A DNA stretch of 64,000 nt from Octopus sinensis. Its lineage: Eukaryota. This document shows positions 38,252 to 50,817 of the stretch, one piece after another. The notes under the pieces are model-generated. The model saw only the letters and a list, made by a program, of their open reading frames with translations, searched no databases and was not told the DNA's origin. Made by a program: the position numbers and the translations under genes. Where the stretch lies: NCBI RefSeq assembly GCF_006345805.1, contig NC_042997.1:211172001-211236000 (forward strand). The letters run 5' to 3'. Numbering within the stretch: the first letter of the stretch is position 1; every line of letters starts with the position of its first letter.

Positions 38252-40739
38252 GTAAGTCAATTCACTGATGTTTATTATTTATTACTCTTTTTACTCTTTT
38301 TACTTGTTTCAGTCATTTGACTGCGGCCATGCTGGAGCACCGCCTTTAGTCGAGCATATCAACCCCGGGACTTATTCTTTGTAAGCCCAGTACTTATTCT
38401 ATCGATCTCTTTTTGATTTATAAGAAAATAAATAATTCAGGGAAACTATCCTTATGGAAAACAGTAGTAAAGTTAGCGTCGACATATTTTATGTATGGAA
38501 TGTTCAGATCTTGGTTTCAAATTTTGGCACAATGCCAGCAATTTTGCGGGGGGTGGGATAAGTTGATTACACTAACACCAGTGCACAGCTGGTACTTATT
38601 TTATCAATCCTGAAAGGATGAAAGGCAAATTCGGACTCGATGGAATTTGAACTCAGAATGTTAAAAATGAATGAAATGTCATTAAGCAATAATTACCTGG
38701 TCTGCTAATGATTCTGCCAGCTTGCCACCTAAGATGGAATATCAAAATATTCACCAGGAATAACATGTTAATCGATGACTAATAATGTTTTCTTTTTTTT
38801 TTTTCTGCAAATAAGGAAGACAATTCTGGGCATGTTTTAATATTATTAGGACCTCATCAGTGAATGACAGCCTCAACATATCTAATGAAATTGTTCAGAA
38901 TGAATCTCTAAAACAGATGATACAATGGTTGATGTAGCAAAATAGAATTGTTTAAAGAATAAATAACTTAATGATGCTACCTACTTTTAATTTAATAATT
39001 ACTAATATTTTATCTATGGGTAAAATGTTCATTAATTATTATTCAGTTCCTACTCCATTCTGATCCAGTAAAATTATGATAAATGAAATTCCCACCATGA
39101 CCACCCCATCGGTGACCATAGACAGTGTGCTCAGCACCAGGTTATTCAATATGTCCATCCTTTCTAAGCCAGAAGAGTGTTTGGTGTTGGATTTGATCTT
39201 CATTTTCTAGGTAATAGGGGATGATTCAAAAGAGATTTGGTTGTTATTTCAAGCAAGTAAGAGAGTTAGATTTGAGGGAAATCTAGCTACTGTTTTTAGG
39301 CAGAAAAGTGTGATGTGGGAGAAATTTATTATTTCTATATAGTAGTATATAATAGAAAGGAAACCTAGCTGCTCTTAGCTGAAGGTAGGGTATTATATGT
39401 GGGAGATTTCGTTGCTATTTCTAACAGGTAGGTTGTGAGAGGAGAAAGATTTGCTGCTATTTCTAGCGATATGGTGTGATTTGAGGTAGAGCTGGTTGCT
39501 ATTTCAGCAGGCAAAGACTGTCTAGTTCGCTGCTAGCATTGGAATATATTTTCGTTGTATATATCAGTGTGTATAGTATTGTGGCTATGTGCTGTGTGAT
39601 ATCAATTTATCACCATGGAGATTGTTGTGTGTAACCTTGTGGAATGAAATCATGAACCAGCTGGCATCTTGTCTTCTTGAGCAAGGCACTTCATTTCACA
39701 TCGCTCTGGTCTCTTCAGTTGAACATGTCTACCAGCCGACTTCTGGTGTAGCAGTCCTTCCCTCCAGCTGTCACATCCTTGATGCTCCATTGGCTTAAGA
39801 GTGGGAGGGCAATGAAAGTGGGTACGTCTGCTTGCAACTACAGCATTGACCCCTACAAACAATTAGCTAAAACATGCTATAAGTTGCCAAGATTTTTTTC
39901 TTCAATATTGACTGTGGGTGATATCTATTTACCACAGTTTATATTGGTGTATACTGGCCATGTGGTGTACGATGACAACTATGTGTCCCTCTGCCCGAAC
40001 CGCTCCCTTGGCTCACAGCCGCTTCCCTTGATTCCGCTCCTTCTCTTAGCTGAGAGGTCTTGCAACCTACTTGGTAACCCTGTTGGTGCCACATAAAAAG
40101 CAGCCAGTTACACTGTGTAAAGTGGTTGGCATTAGGAAGGACATTCCAACCGTACAAACCCTACCAAAACTGATGAATGGATCCTGGTGTAGCTCTGTCT
40201 GGATGGCCAGCATTGGAAATAGACGTCAAATGATGATCTATGTTCAGATCACACTTTACATTGAGATGTATCTACTTCTACTACAGTTTCCAGCTCATCA
40301 TTATCCACCTTGATCTCAGGTCTACCATGGGGCTGTTTTTCAAGAGTAAAGTCACCAGACCGGAACTCCTCAAACCATCAACATACAGTGTGCTTATTCA
40401 TCACATTTTCACCAAACACCTCCTTGATCTTTCGAGCTGTCTGGAATGCATTGGTCCCATGACAGAACTCGTATTCATAAACAAACACTAAATTTTGCTC
40501 TATCCATGGGTTCACAATAATTGATTTACAAGAGAAAACTCACAATATAATCAGACCCCATGAACTGCATTTTGAAAAGTGATGATGTAATTCTTCAATC
40601 TTGCTAAACAAAGAATTGTCAGGATAAATCATTAGAGTTAATGACTGTCAAACTTGAAGCTTAACGAAACCAGACATTTTATTCTTAATGATCTGATATT
40701 TTGTCTCCATGAGAAAACAATGTCTATATTAAACATATT

Positions 40740-40889
40740 TGGCGTTAGGAAGGGCATCCAGCTGTAGAAACATTGCCAAATTAGACTGGAGCCTGGTGCA
40801 GCCTTCTGGCTTCCCAGAACCCCGGTCGAACCGTCCAACCCATGCTAGCATGGAGAACGGACGTTAAACGACGATGATGATGATGATGA
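40740..40889 (+). mobile_element. Retroposon family D copy
   Basis: Ends in (gat)n. Confidence 0.8.
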
Positions 40890-40896
40890 CAAACAA

Positions 40897-41298
40897 CTAG
40901 CAGTATCGCCCGGCGTTGCTCGGGTTTGTAAGGGAAATAACTATATAAGCATTTTTAGAGAGTTATTGCCAAAAGATAGCAAAAAAATGCATTAAAAATG
41001 GAAAACAAATGATGGTAAATTTTTTTTTTAAATCGTTGACTCATCGTAGACATTTTTAGAGAGTTGCTTCCCTTATATAATAGCGAAAAAATGCATTAAA
41101 ATGGTAAAAAATTATGGTAAATTATTTTTAAAATCGTAGACTCATCGTAGACGCGCGCTAATACCCAGAAGGGCTCGATATTAATCATGACTATAAGATA
41201 TCCGCTTTTGGTTAAACTGCACCGCAAAATGTGGGAGTAGTTAGGAATCTAAATCGTAGGAGACAGAGACCACACAACCTCACTTTTATATATAAAGA
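40897..41298 (-). mobile_element. Non-autonomous Helitron-type element (family H2)
   Basis: Minus strand A|TCtttatatataaaag..cccgagcaacgccgggcgatactgCTAG|T. Has an internal duplication of about 100 bp relative to 47021-47325. Confidence 0.85.
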
Positions 41299-41754
41299 TG
41301 TCTATTGAGATGAACCAATGAAGAGGGTTCTAAATGGTCTCTTGACCTGCTAGAAACAGCAGCCAAATTTCCTTCATTGGCAAGCGATGTGATGGTGAAT
41401 GCTGGAACCCTTATGATCATAGATCTGCTGTATCATATCTAAGGCTCAACAGCAACACCCCCACCGACAATCAATGCTCTCCTCTAAAAGGTGAAATATC
41501 CAACTTTATCCTCAAATAACAATCAGTAACCAAGACACGCTTCACCCATCTAGCATTCACATTCTGGCAAAACTGATGCTTATTCCTTTTTGTTTTGTAT
41601 TAATCATGCATTATCTTGTAGCTTTCTGATTCTGATGAGGTAACTTAACTTATAGGACGATATTGTAGGGTAGGTGTGAGATGTCAGATCTGGCCAGTTT
41701 GAACATAGAGTAGGATGGAATGTTTGGACCCAACATGGTTGGTTTAAATGCTAA

Positions 41755-42122
41755 TCTCTATATACAAACGGCAAAATGCCTGTGTGTGTGTATGATCTTT
41801 ATACATAGCCACAATTTTTCAGTTAGAGGGCTCGCACTTTCTATGGTCATTCAAAACTGTCCAAGGGTGGTCGTGCACATCTTTACATTTCCCCAGTCAC
41901 CCTGCAAAGCCATTAAAAAATCAATAGAAGTGACATTTTTGTGGATTTTCTATCCAAATCCCAATCAAAATGCCCAAAACTTGATACGCCAATTGAATGC
42001 CAGCTAGTTGTATGTGATTGGTCGGAGATTTGGACAGTACTTGCGTGTATGTGCGCACGCACGCAGCTGCATATATGCATGCACTAATACTATGACCCAG
42101 CGTTGGTGGGTCATAGTGCTAA
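41755..42122 (+). mobile_element. Non-autonomous Helitron-type element (family H3) nested in a MITE end
   Basis: A|TCtctatatacaaa..actatgaccc..gggtcatagtgCTAA|T (CTRR end). The 3' hairpin is shared with H1. Upstream flank from about 41555 matches MITE 61058-61278. Confidence 0.8.
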
Positions 42123-42812
42123 TGGGTTATAGATCTGATGGGCTTTTTTTTTTGTTCCGCTAAAAGCAATGCGTCATTGAGTGGGGTCCCCTAAAAGTCC
42201 CCTGCCCCAGTTGACAGACCGACTCCACCACTTGTGTGTGCATTGAAGCTCAGCTCAGTCATAGTCTTTTATGTTTGTTTTGTCTTGTTTTAATTTAAAT
42301 TCATTTGAAAGAAATTACATTTTAAACTCTAAAGTTATATTTTTAAGGTAAATTTTAATTATTTTCTCAAATTGTTTTGTGTGATTTTAATGTTTTCTGA
42401 TTAATGATAGCACTCTGTAATTTCTGCTGTCTACCCTCAGTCTACCCTCAGTGGATGCTGTCCACTTACTACTGCCGCCACCTCCTCCTCTTCCTCATCT
42501 TCTTCTTCTCCTCCTCCTGCTCCCAACCCCCACTTATGCCCCCACAAGCTTATATTTCTCTCATTGTCCAGCAATATTTTCAAGGGAGATTGGAACACAA
42601 AGGGACATTGCTTGTATGACAGTGATACTCCTTTACAACTGTCCCCTCAGTGCCAAACCAGACTTCTTTTGGTTGCCGTCTACCAAACCCACCCACAAGG
42701 TGGACTGAACCTGAAACCCATGCTTGTGCTTTACTTATTGAAACCCTGTTTATCTGGGCTTTTTTCTGTTTTTTTCTCATCTCGAATGCTATATTGATGT
42801 TGTTTTCTTTAG

Positions 42813-42956
42813 ATCACAGGTGACGCCAATGAAGAGCAGATCTTACTCTCTCTGCAAACCTATCAAGACAGAAGCTCTCATATTATTGTGGCTTTAAACA
42901 GTCTTTATAATCTATTTCGGAGATCTGTTGTGCGTAATCAAGCCGATGCACTTGAT
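42813..42956 (+). CDS. ZER1: ZER1 coding exon 4
   Basis: tttag|ATC to gat|gtaagt, 144 nt. ITGDANEEQILLSLQTYQDRSSHIIVALNSLYNLFRRSVVRNQADALD resembles ZER1 VSGDKNEEQVL. Confidence 0.92.
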
Positions 42957-43031
42957 GTAAGTAAACACTTGCTTTCGTTCTCATGTTTTCTTGGGCGGTG
43001 GGGTTAAATTACACATTCTTTGTAGTAAAGA

Positions 43032-44116
43032 CTAGCATTAAATACCCGTCGTTGTCGGGTCATAGTGCTAGTTCATGTATATATGTGTATATATATATGT
43101 GTACATATTACATGTACATCTATATATATATACATCACATAAAATGCAAAATACAAAGTTATATCTTGATATCGCTAGTGATAACAATACTCAAAATATA
43201 TAACAGACTGGAACTGTTAGCCCGTCTCTTTTAATTTCGATCAATTGTATCTTGTCCTCCCTCTTGTATAGAAGTGTGGCTATGATCCCACGGCTGCAGC
43301 GAAATTCATTTTTGGACTTTCTTCTATCGAAGGCATTTTTACAAAAATACTTCCGTGTAAATGGTGAAAATATTGTCAATTTCCCCAAACAGGGACACAA
43401 TTCAATTTTTAAACAATAACCAAAGCTCCTTCTCCCTTACGGTTTACAATTATTTAACAAATGCAACACAACAACGCTTCCTTTACTAGGAACCAACAAA
43501 TGTGATAACAATAGTTGAACAGAAATAATAATAACAACAAACCTTACGGTAAACCAAAAAGCAGTACTCTGTTGAAGCTATAGACCTTTATGGATCAGAA
43601 ATAAACTAACAGCGGTACTCAGTAGAATGCTTAATGCTAGCTAATTAGCAAATAATCTAATGTAAAAGCCGTGCACACCCCCATCTGGACTATTCCATTT
43701 CTGCACTTAAATTTTATTTTTAATTTATTCCCATTCATGTGAAACCACTTATTCAAGTTCAAGTCATTGATGCAATTTTATACCAATTGCTATTTTTACT
43801 TTTGTTATGTTACGATAATATTATACTTTAGTTTGATTTTAATTATTACTTACTACATATAATTCAATTGTTATTATTATTTTTATTGTTAAAGTGAAAG
43901 TATCTGATATAAAATAGAGAAATGTTTTTGTTTCACTTTTAACACGTAATAACTCGCTCTAGGCAAGAAGTTGAAGATTTTTTTTTGCTCATGAAACTAC
44001 ATGGACCCTAAGTAAGGCATGTGTAAAATTTGAATGAAATCAGTTGTGTAGTTCTCAAGTTTTAGGGAAACACACAGACAGACAGACACACATTCTCAGT
44101 TTTATGTATATAAAGA
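43032..44116 (-). mobile_element. Non-autonomous Helitron-type element (family H1, inverted copy)
   Basis: Minus strand A|TC..CTAG|T. Shares about 470 bp at the 5' end and about 240 bp at the 3' end with 24491-25510. Confidence 0.87.
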
Positions 44117-44369
44117 TTGTTTGCCAACATAACATGGCAGCTCTGGTTTAGGACGAATGTTACTGTAATTTATGTTGTGTTGGCAAACAATCTTTACTAC
44201 AAAGTACGGTTGCAGAATATCTCACGTTGTTAGATTTAAAATTAGTAATACACATTCTTTTTAAATTGACTGTTTAAGATAAAATTAGAATTCGAGCTTG
44301 TGTCAGTGCTGGGCTACTGGCAGTATTGTTTGTAAGTTCAACCTTGTTGCCCCTAATATAGCTTTCTGT

Positions 44370-44742
44370 TGCTGGGGCATATCAACCGTCGCACAAACAA
44401 TAACTCTGAGAGCACCTTTTCAAACTCCACCCATCTAACACCCGTGGACATATTTACAAAGTCAGAAAATAGCACAGCTCCTTCCATGACTTCAGGAAAC
44501 ATTTTTTCACGCTGAGAGTTGCTGAAGCGGGGAACAAACTGCTGGCATCGGTTGTTAGTTGTCGGAGCACTGCATCCTTTAAAACTTCCATGCTTCCTGA
44601 GATTCGCCAACACTCACTTGATTTTCTCCTCTCCATACACACACAAGCATGTTCACTTTCCAGACATTTCTACATTACTGCATGTACTTTATATGCACTT
44701 TCTGACAAGTTGTGGTGCACCTGAGCACTGTATACAATAATT

Positions 44743-44780
<38 letters not shown>
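44370..44780 (+). mobile_element. CR1-type LINE 3' end
   Basis: NTRGHIYKVRK*..DFRKHFFTLRVAEAGNKLLASVV..TASFK resembles CR1 TRGH..K..RKHFFS.RV...WN.LP..VV..SFK. (ATT)n tail at about 44745-44780. Confidence 0.8.
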
Positions 44781-44904
44781 ATTTCACTCTGGCAAATCTG
44801 CATCAAATATCACCACCACTTGACAAATGATCCCCATCATTATCATTTAGTGTCTGTTTATTTGATTATGTGATCAGAATCGAAATCGATCAATGGAAAT
44901 TGCA

Positions 44905-45302
44905 GATGTGTTACCAGTGCTGGTGGCACGTAAGAGAACCATCCGTTTCGCGACTGTTGCCAGCGCCGCCCCAACTCTGGCCTCGTGCCGGTGGCACGTA
45001 AAAAGCACCATCCGTTCGTGTCCGTTGCCAGCCTCGCCTGGCCCTGTGCCAGTGGCACATAAAAAGCACCATCTGTTTGTGGCTGTTTGCTAGTTCTGTC
45101 TGGCACCCGTGCGGGTGGCACGTAAAAAGCACCCACTACACTCACGGAGTGGTTGGCGTTAGGAAGGGCATCCAGCTGTAGAAACACTGCCAGATATGAC
45201 TGGGCCTGATGAAGCCTTCTGGCTTCACAGACCCCAGTTGAACCGTCCAACCCATGCTAGCATGGAAAGCGGACGCTAAATGATGATGATGATGATGATG
45301 AT
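44905..45302 (+). mobile_element. Retroposon family D copy with modules
   Basis: Ends in (gat)n. Confidence 0.8.
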
Positions 45303-46184
45303 TATGTGACCTTCAGTATTGTATCAACTACAAGTGATTTTTATTGACCATGGGAAGGAAGAGGGTAAAGTCAGTTTAGTGTAGTAGTAGCACATAAACT
45401 CAAAACACAAAGGCAACCAAATTTGTGCTCTTCACCAATCTTCTACTAATTTTACCTAACAGAAAGGGAGGTAATCATGTCAGTTTGTCCAATGTTCTTA
45501 CTATTGGACTGATCATAAAGGAAGGTAACCATGTTGTTTTCTACCAGTGTTCCACCAATTCTACCAAATGATGTGACTAATTAAGATTTCAATATGGATG
45601 CAGAGCACAAAGGTGACCCTGTCAGTGCTGGTGCCACTTAAAAGTACCCAGTCCATACTGAAAGGTGGTTGGTGTTTGGAAGGGCATCCAGCTCTAAAAA
45701 CCTTGCTGGGGCCAATAGGTAATTTATATTTTTTTTTAGATTTTATTTATTTCTGTGGGAGGTTTTGGAACATAACACCCATGATAGTAGAGGGATTACT
45801 GCACCCCAAATGGGCTCATCAACAAAACCAACAATCTCTGCCGAAATCAGATGCTTTTGATTTCATGGATGTACCCTGTGTTGGAGAGGAGGGGCTCCTC
45901 TGTGTATGAATAGGAATAGATATCACATGCAAAGGAGAAGATTCTGGTTATAGGAACATGTGATATCGATTGGAAAGTAAGTTGCTGCAAAGGTAACAGC
46001 TCTTTTGATTACAAGTTCCAAAGATTAAGCAGGGAAGCCCAACACCATGCCAGCATGGGAAAGATATGTTTGATGATGATGACGATGGTGGTGATGTTGA
46101 TCTTAATGATGATGATGATGATGATGATATTCTGTGTAATATTTTCACGTTGCCCATTCTCAACATCGTTTCTTTGTTTTCCAG

Positions 46185-46243
46185 GCTATACTGTCGTGCA
46201 TGAAGCAACACCCAAAAGATTGGCATGTTCAGATTTCAGGGAG
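46185..46243 (+). CDS. ZER1: ZER1 coding exon 5
   Basis: ccag|GCT to ag|gtaaac, 59 nt, phase 0-2. AILSCMKQHPKDWHVQISG(S) resembles ZER1 H..D..IQVTGS. Confidence 0.9.
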
Positions 46244-46489
46244 GTAAACATTATGATTTCTGAGTTTTTCATTTTTGACATTCTTTTGTGTTTTTGTTTG
46301 TTTAAAAACTTGAAAAAAAAGAAAAAAAGAAAGAAAGAAAAGAAAAAACCTGGAAAAAAGAGGCTGGATTGCATTTCATTTCTTATCTCAAAATATTTTG
46401 AGTGAAGAATAAATATTTGTAGAAACAGTCAGTCTTTGATAGGAATACAGTGTCTTTATAGAAATAGTATAGTTGGTCTGTTCTTTTAT

Positions 46490-46675
46490 TCTTTTACTTG
46501 TTTCAATCATTTGACTGCAGCCATGCTGGAGCACCACTTTTAGTCAAGCAAATCGACCCCAGGACTTATTCTTTGTAAGCCTAGTACTTATTCTTATCGG
46601 TCTCTTTTGCTGAACCACTAACTTACGGGGACGTAAACACACCAACATCGGTTGTCAAGCGATGTTGGGGAGGGG

Positions 46676-46710
<35 letters not shown>

Positions 46711-46882
46711 AATATATACAATAGGCTTCTTTCAGTTTCCATCTACCAAATCAACACAAGACTTTAGTTGGCCTGAGGCTATAGTAGAAGATATTTGCCC
46801 AAGGTGCCACGCAGTGGGACTGAACCCAGAACCATGTGGTTGGGAAGCAAGCTTCTTACCACCACACCCACGCCTGCACCTA
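46490..46882 (-). mobile_element. SINE family B near-complete copy with internal (TA)n
   Basis: Reverse complement of the family B head and tail. Confidence 0.7.
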
Positions 46883-47020
46883 TATAGTAATAGTATCTTA
46901 ATAACATATGTCTTTATTAGTAGTATTGTTGTACCCTAGTATATTATTAGTAATAGTATAATACACGTCTGTTGTAATAGTGAAGTAATCGCATAGTATG
47001 CCTATAGTTTTTAGTAATAA

Positions 47021-47325
47021 CTAGCAGTATCGCCCGGCGTTGCTCGGGTTTATAAGGGAAATAACTATATAAGCATTTTTAGAGAGTTACTTCCCTTATA
47101 TAAACCGAGCAAAAAATGCATTAAAAATGCGGAAAAATGATGGTAAATTTTTTTTTAAATCATAGACTCATCGTAGAGGCGCGCTAATATCCAGAAGGGC
47201 TTGATATGAATCACGACTATAAGATACCCGCTTTTGGTTAAACTGCACCGCAAAATGTGGGAGTAGTTAGGAATCTAAATCGGAGTAGACAGACACACAC
47301 ACAACTTCAGTTTTATATATAAAGA
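47021..47325 (-). mobile_element. Non-autonomous Helitron-type element (family H2)
   Basis: Minus strand A|TC..CTAG|T; homologous to 40897-41298. Confidence 0.85.
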
Positions 47326-47566
47326 TAGAATAATAGTGTGTTCATTGGTATTATAGTAATAGTGTAGTACATCTATAGTAATTGTATAATATGTCGACAG
47401 TAAGAGTAGAGTAACATCTCCAATAGTAACCTTCCAGACAAAAACACTACTAGTATCAAAAACATGGTTTAACTATTAAATGTTATAATTAATTTTTCAT
47501 TTTGGTTTTCCGAAACATGTAAATTCTGAACCTATTTCTAGAGTGAAGTTTCTCTTACCATTCCAG

Positions 47567-47629
47567 TGCCTCGTTGTTTTATATTGTGAAAGGAGAACAA
47601 ATGGCTCATGCCCCAAGGAAACTAAGGAA
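47567..47629 (+). CDS. ZER1: ZER1 coding exon 6
   Basis: ttccag|T to aa|gtaagt, 63 nt, phase 2-2. (S)ASLFYIVKGEQMAHAPRKLR(K) resembles ZER1 SAALFYL. Confidence 0.9.
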
Positions 47630-47989
47630 GTAAGTTTTGTTTTTACTACAATCACACTGGTTCTGTTTTTTGTTGGGTTCTTCTTTTTTTTTTGACACAC
47701 ACACACACACCAACATTGCCATCACAATCACCATTATCCTCTTCCTCCTCCTTATCATCATCATCATTTCACATCCTCTTTCTATGCTGGCAATGACTAG
47801 ACTGTGACAGGATCTGATAGGCTGGAATAGAGCATGTCTTAAACCAGTTCCTTAGTTTTGACATGGCATCTGCAGCTGGATGTCCTTCCTAATACCAACC
47901 GCTTTACACAGTATGGACTGGGTGCTGTTTTTTATGGCACCAGCATTTATCATCATTCTTCGACCGTGGTCGAGACAATGGAATTTACT

Positions 47990-48200
47990 ATGTTATGTCA
48001 GACTTCACTGTCCATCTTGGCATTACGGAGGTCCTGTTGCTGGATGCCTGTATCCCTGGAGATTACATCAGGGTAGGAGAGTGTGTGCCCTCTGGTATTG
48101 CGAGTAGATGGCTTCCAGAGGAGAAGACTAGAAATTACCTCGTTTTCAGCTCTACAACAATGTCCAACAAACTGGACTCTCCTACCTTTCACAAGAGATG
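47990..48200 (-). mobile_element. RTE-type LINE 3' remnant
   Basis: RRVQFVGHCCRAENEVISSLLLWKPS..YPDVISRDTG. Confidence 0.75.
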
Positions 48201-49722
48201 ACACAGGTGGTAATTTCCAATATATTTGTACTTAGTGACGTCACCATTTAATATACAAGACTGAGGAGGCCCCTTAACATGGTGGGATTATAATACAGGG
48301 GTCTGTGGCTTTTATGTGTGATAGAAAGGACAAGCAAATATGTGTTGATCAAGGAGGCACCTGGCTACCCCACATTATATTAGGGTAGGTGAGAATATTT
48401 GTGGTAGAACTGGAGAGGTAATGGTGTTAGAGCATACCCTCAGGGTACAATGAGGAGAATAGAAGAGGGTGTGGTGACACAGAATAGATGAAGGTGGGTA
48501 GAAGTTTCAAAGTGTGGGTGGAGTAGTGAGAGATGGTTAGAGATAGGGTATGAGGTGAAAGTAGGGAATAGTAAGGGTAGGTGGTTGGTTGAGTGGTAAA
48601 TGAATGAGGGATCGATGACACCAGAAGTGGCCGAGGGGAGGGGAAGTGATGCTGGGCAGAAGAGAAACATTGAAGAACACCAGAAAATAATAGAGCTGAG
48701 AGGAAGTTGGTGGTGAATGGGGTGGGCTGGTTGATGGTAGATGGTGTTAAGAATAAGGAATGGGTGTCACTAGGAAGTGGCAGAAATGGGGTTGATAGGA
48801 GATGACTGACAGCGCAGAAAGGGTGGGCGATGGGAGGGAATAAAGTTGAAAATGAAGGATAAGATGCGAAAAAGGGGTGTTCCAAGGAAGAATGAGGATT
48901 GATAGAGCAGAAAGGGGCTGCGAAATGTTTCACCAATTCACTTATAAGAATAAGGGGGTTACAGAGGAGATTAAGACACAGTCAACTGGTCTGCTGTTAT
49001 AACCTGGAGGACTATGATGGCTAGGAAGAGGCACTGAGAACCATGCTCTGGTAGACCCATACATGCTCACTGAATGTAGCTTGATGGCTCTCAAAACCTA
49101 GAATTGGTTGAGGCAAATTTTCTATAGCTGGATGCCTTTCCTGTTGTTAACCTTCACCTGTTTCCAAGTAAGATAACATTTCCTCATGGCGAGACGTGTT
49201 TTCATGGAAAATTGGGAATGAAGGACATCGCTGGTATGACAGCGGCATTCATTGTGCAATGTCGAGACGCATACATATGTACAATGGGCTTCTTTCAGTT
49301 TCCATCGTATAAGGCTTTGGTTGACTTGGAACTATAGAAAACAGCATTTGCCCAAAGTGCTGTGAGGCAGGACCAAACCTGAAACCACACGAGTGGGCAG
49401 TGAACTTCTTGATTTCACAGCCATGTGCACACTCTCACCCCCCCCCCCCCCACACACACGGATGTATGCGTTAAGGTCGACATTTTGCCGATCCTCATGT
49501 GAGCAAAGCTGATTATTGACTTTAGAAACGGTCAGTGAGCAGTTTCAAAGACTTATGGAATGTACATCCACCTGTAAAATCCTGGCTCTGAATTGATTCC
49601 TCTTGCAGCCATGTTGGTGTGTAAAAAAGACTGACATTAAACAAATGAAAGTCAAGCAAGTAGGATTTGAACCCAAAACTTACAGCATCTTGATTCTACC
49701 ACCCGTCACTGCCTTTGTGTAC

Positions 49723-50200
49723 ATCATCATCATCATCATCATTTAACATCCATTGTCCGCACTGGCATGGGTTAGACAGTTTGACCAGAGCTGGCAAGCT
49801 GAGGAGTTGCACAGACACCAGTCTGATTCGGCAGTGTTTCTACAGCTGGATGCTTTTTCTAATGCCAACCACTCTTACGAGAGTGTAGCGGGTGCTTTTA
49901 TGTGCCACCGGCAGCATAGGTGCCAGTTGTGTGACACCAGTCTCTGCCACAACTACGAATTCACTTGATTTGATGGGTCTTCTACTCTAGCATGGCATAT
50001 TGCCAAGGGTCTCGGTCATTTGTCATTGCCTCCATGAAGCCCAACACACGAAAGGTTCTTTTTACATTCCACCTGCACAGGTGTTAGTTACACAACACCG
50101 GCATTGGCCACCTTGCTTCCGTGAGGCCCAATGCTCAAGAGGTGCTTTTTATGTATCACTGGCACAGGTGCCAGTTATGCGGCACCAGCTTCGTCCACAA
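49723..50200 (-). mobile_element. Retroposon family D, older long variant
   Basis: (cat)n head on + plus the consensus body. Similar to 58818-59200 and 60052-60420. Confidence 0.65.
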
Positions 50201-50254
50201 CATCAGCATTATAAATAAACTGCCTTATCTATTTTCATGAGTAACATTGCTTAA

Positions 50255-50460
50255 CTCTTTAACATTTAAACTGCCCACTGCCTCCACATCGACCTGTTTT
50301 GTGTTCAGATCTGACCTCTTACACCTATCCAACAATGTCATTCTAAAAATAAACAATCACATCGTTAACATCTCAAAGTTTTGAGATAATGCATGATTAA
50401 TTGAAAAAAATGTGAATGAATAAGCATCACGTTTCACCAGAGAATTTGGATGCTGAACGG
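50255..50460. mobile_element. piggyBac-like MITE family P2 (inverted relative to 61058)
   Basis: TTAA at 50251-50254 and 50461-50464. Interior is the reverse complement of 61058-61278. Confidence 0.7.
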
Positions 50461-50484
50461 TTAATGTTTTGTTTGTGTCTTTAG

Positions 50485-50539
50485 GAAAGCAATTGATATC
50501 TTACTTGATGCCATGGAAAACAGAGATGACGAACAAACT
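50485..50539 (+). CDS. ZER1: ZER1 coding exon 7
   Basis: tttag|G to act|gtgagt, 55 nt, phase 2-0. KAIDILLDAMENRDDEQT. Confidence 0.88.
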
Positions 50540-50817
50540 GTGAGTATATTGTTCTTGTAAATGTTGCCGATGGTCAGCCAGTGACCATAACGTTTCTGCC
50601 CTCAGGTCAGCTGTCTTTGCATGTGTTTATGCTTAAAGTAAGTTTTGATGACTGTGTATAAAAAAGAAAGGTTGAATTTGTGATGGATACAGCTGATGCC
50701 ATATTTAATATGGGAAAGGACACGTTAGAACTTGCTGGCAAGTGTAGACACTGTATGAATAATGGAGGGGGAGCGCTAAGCAGTAGTCAGTGAAGTTGCA
50801 ATGTTTTTATTAGTCTG

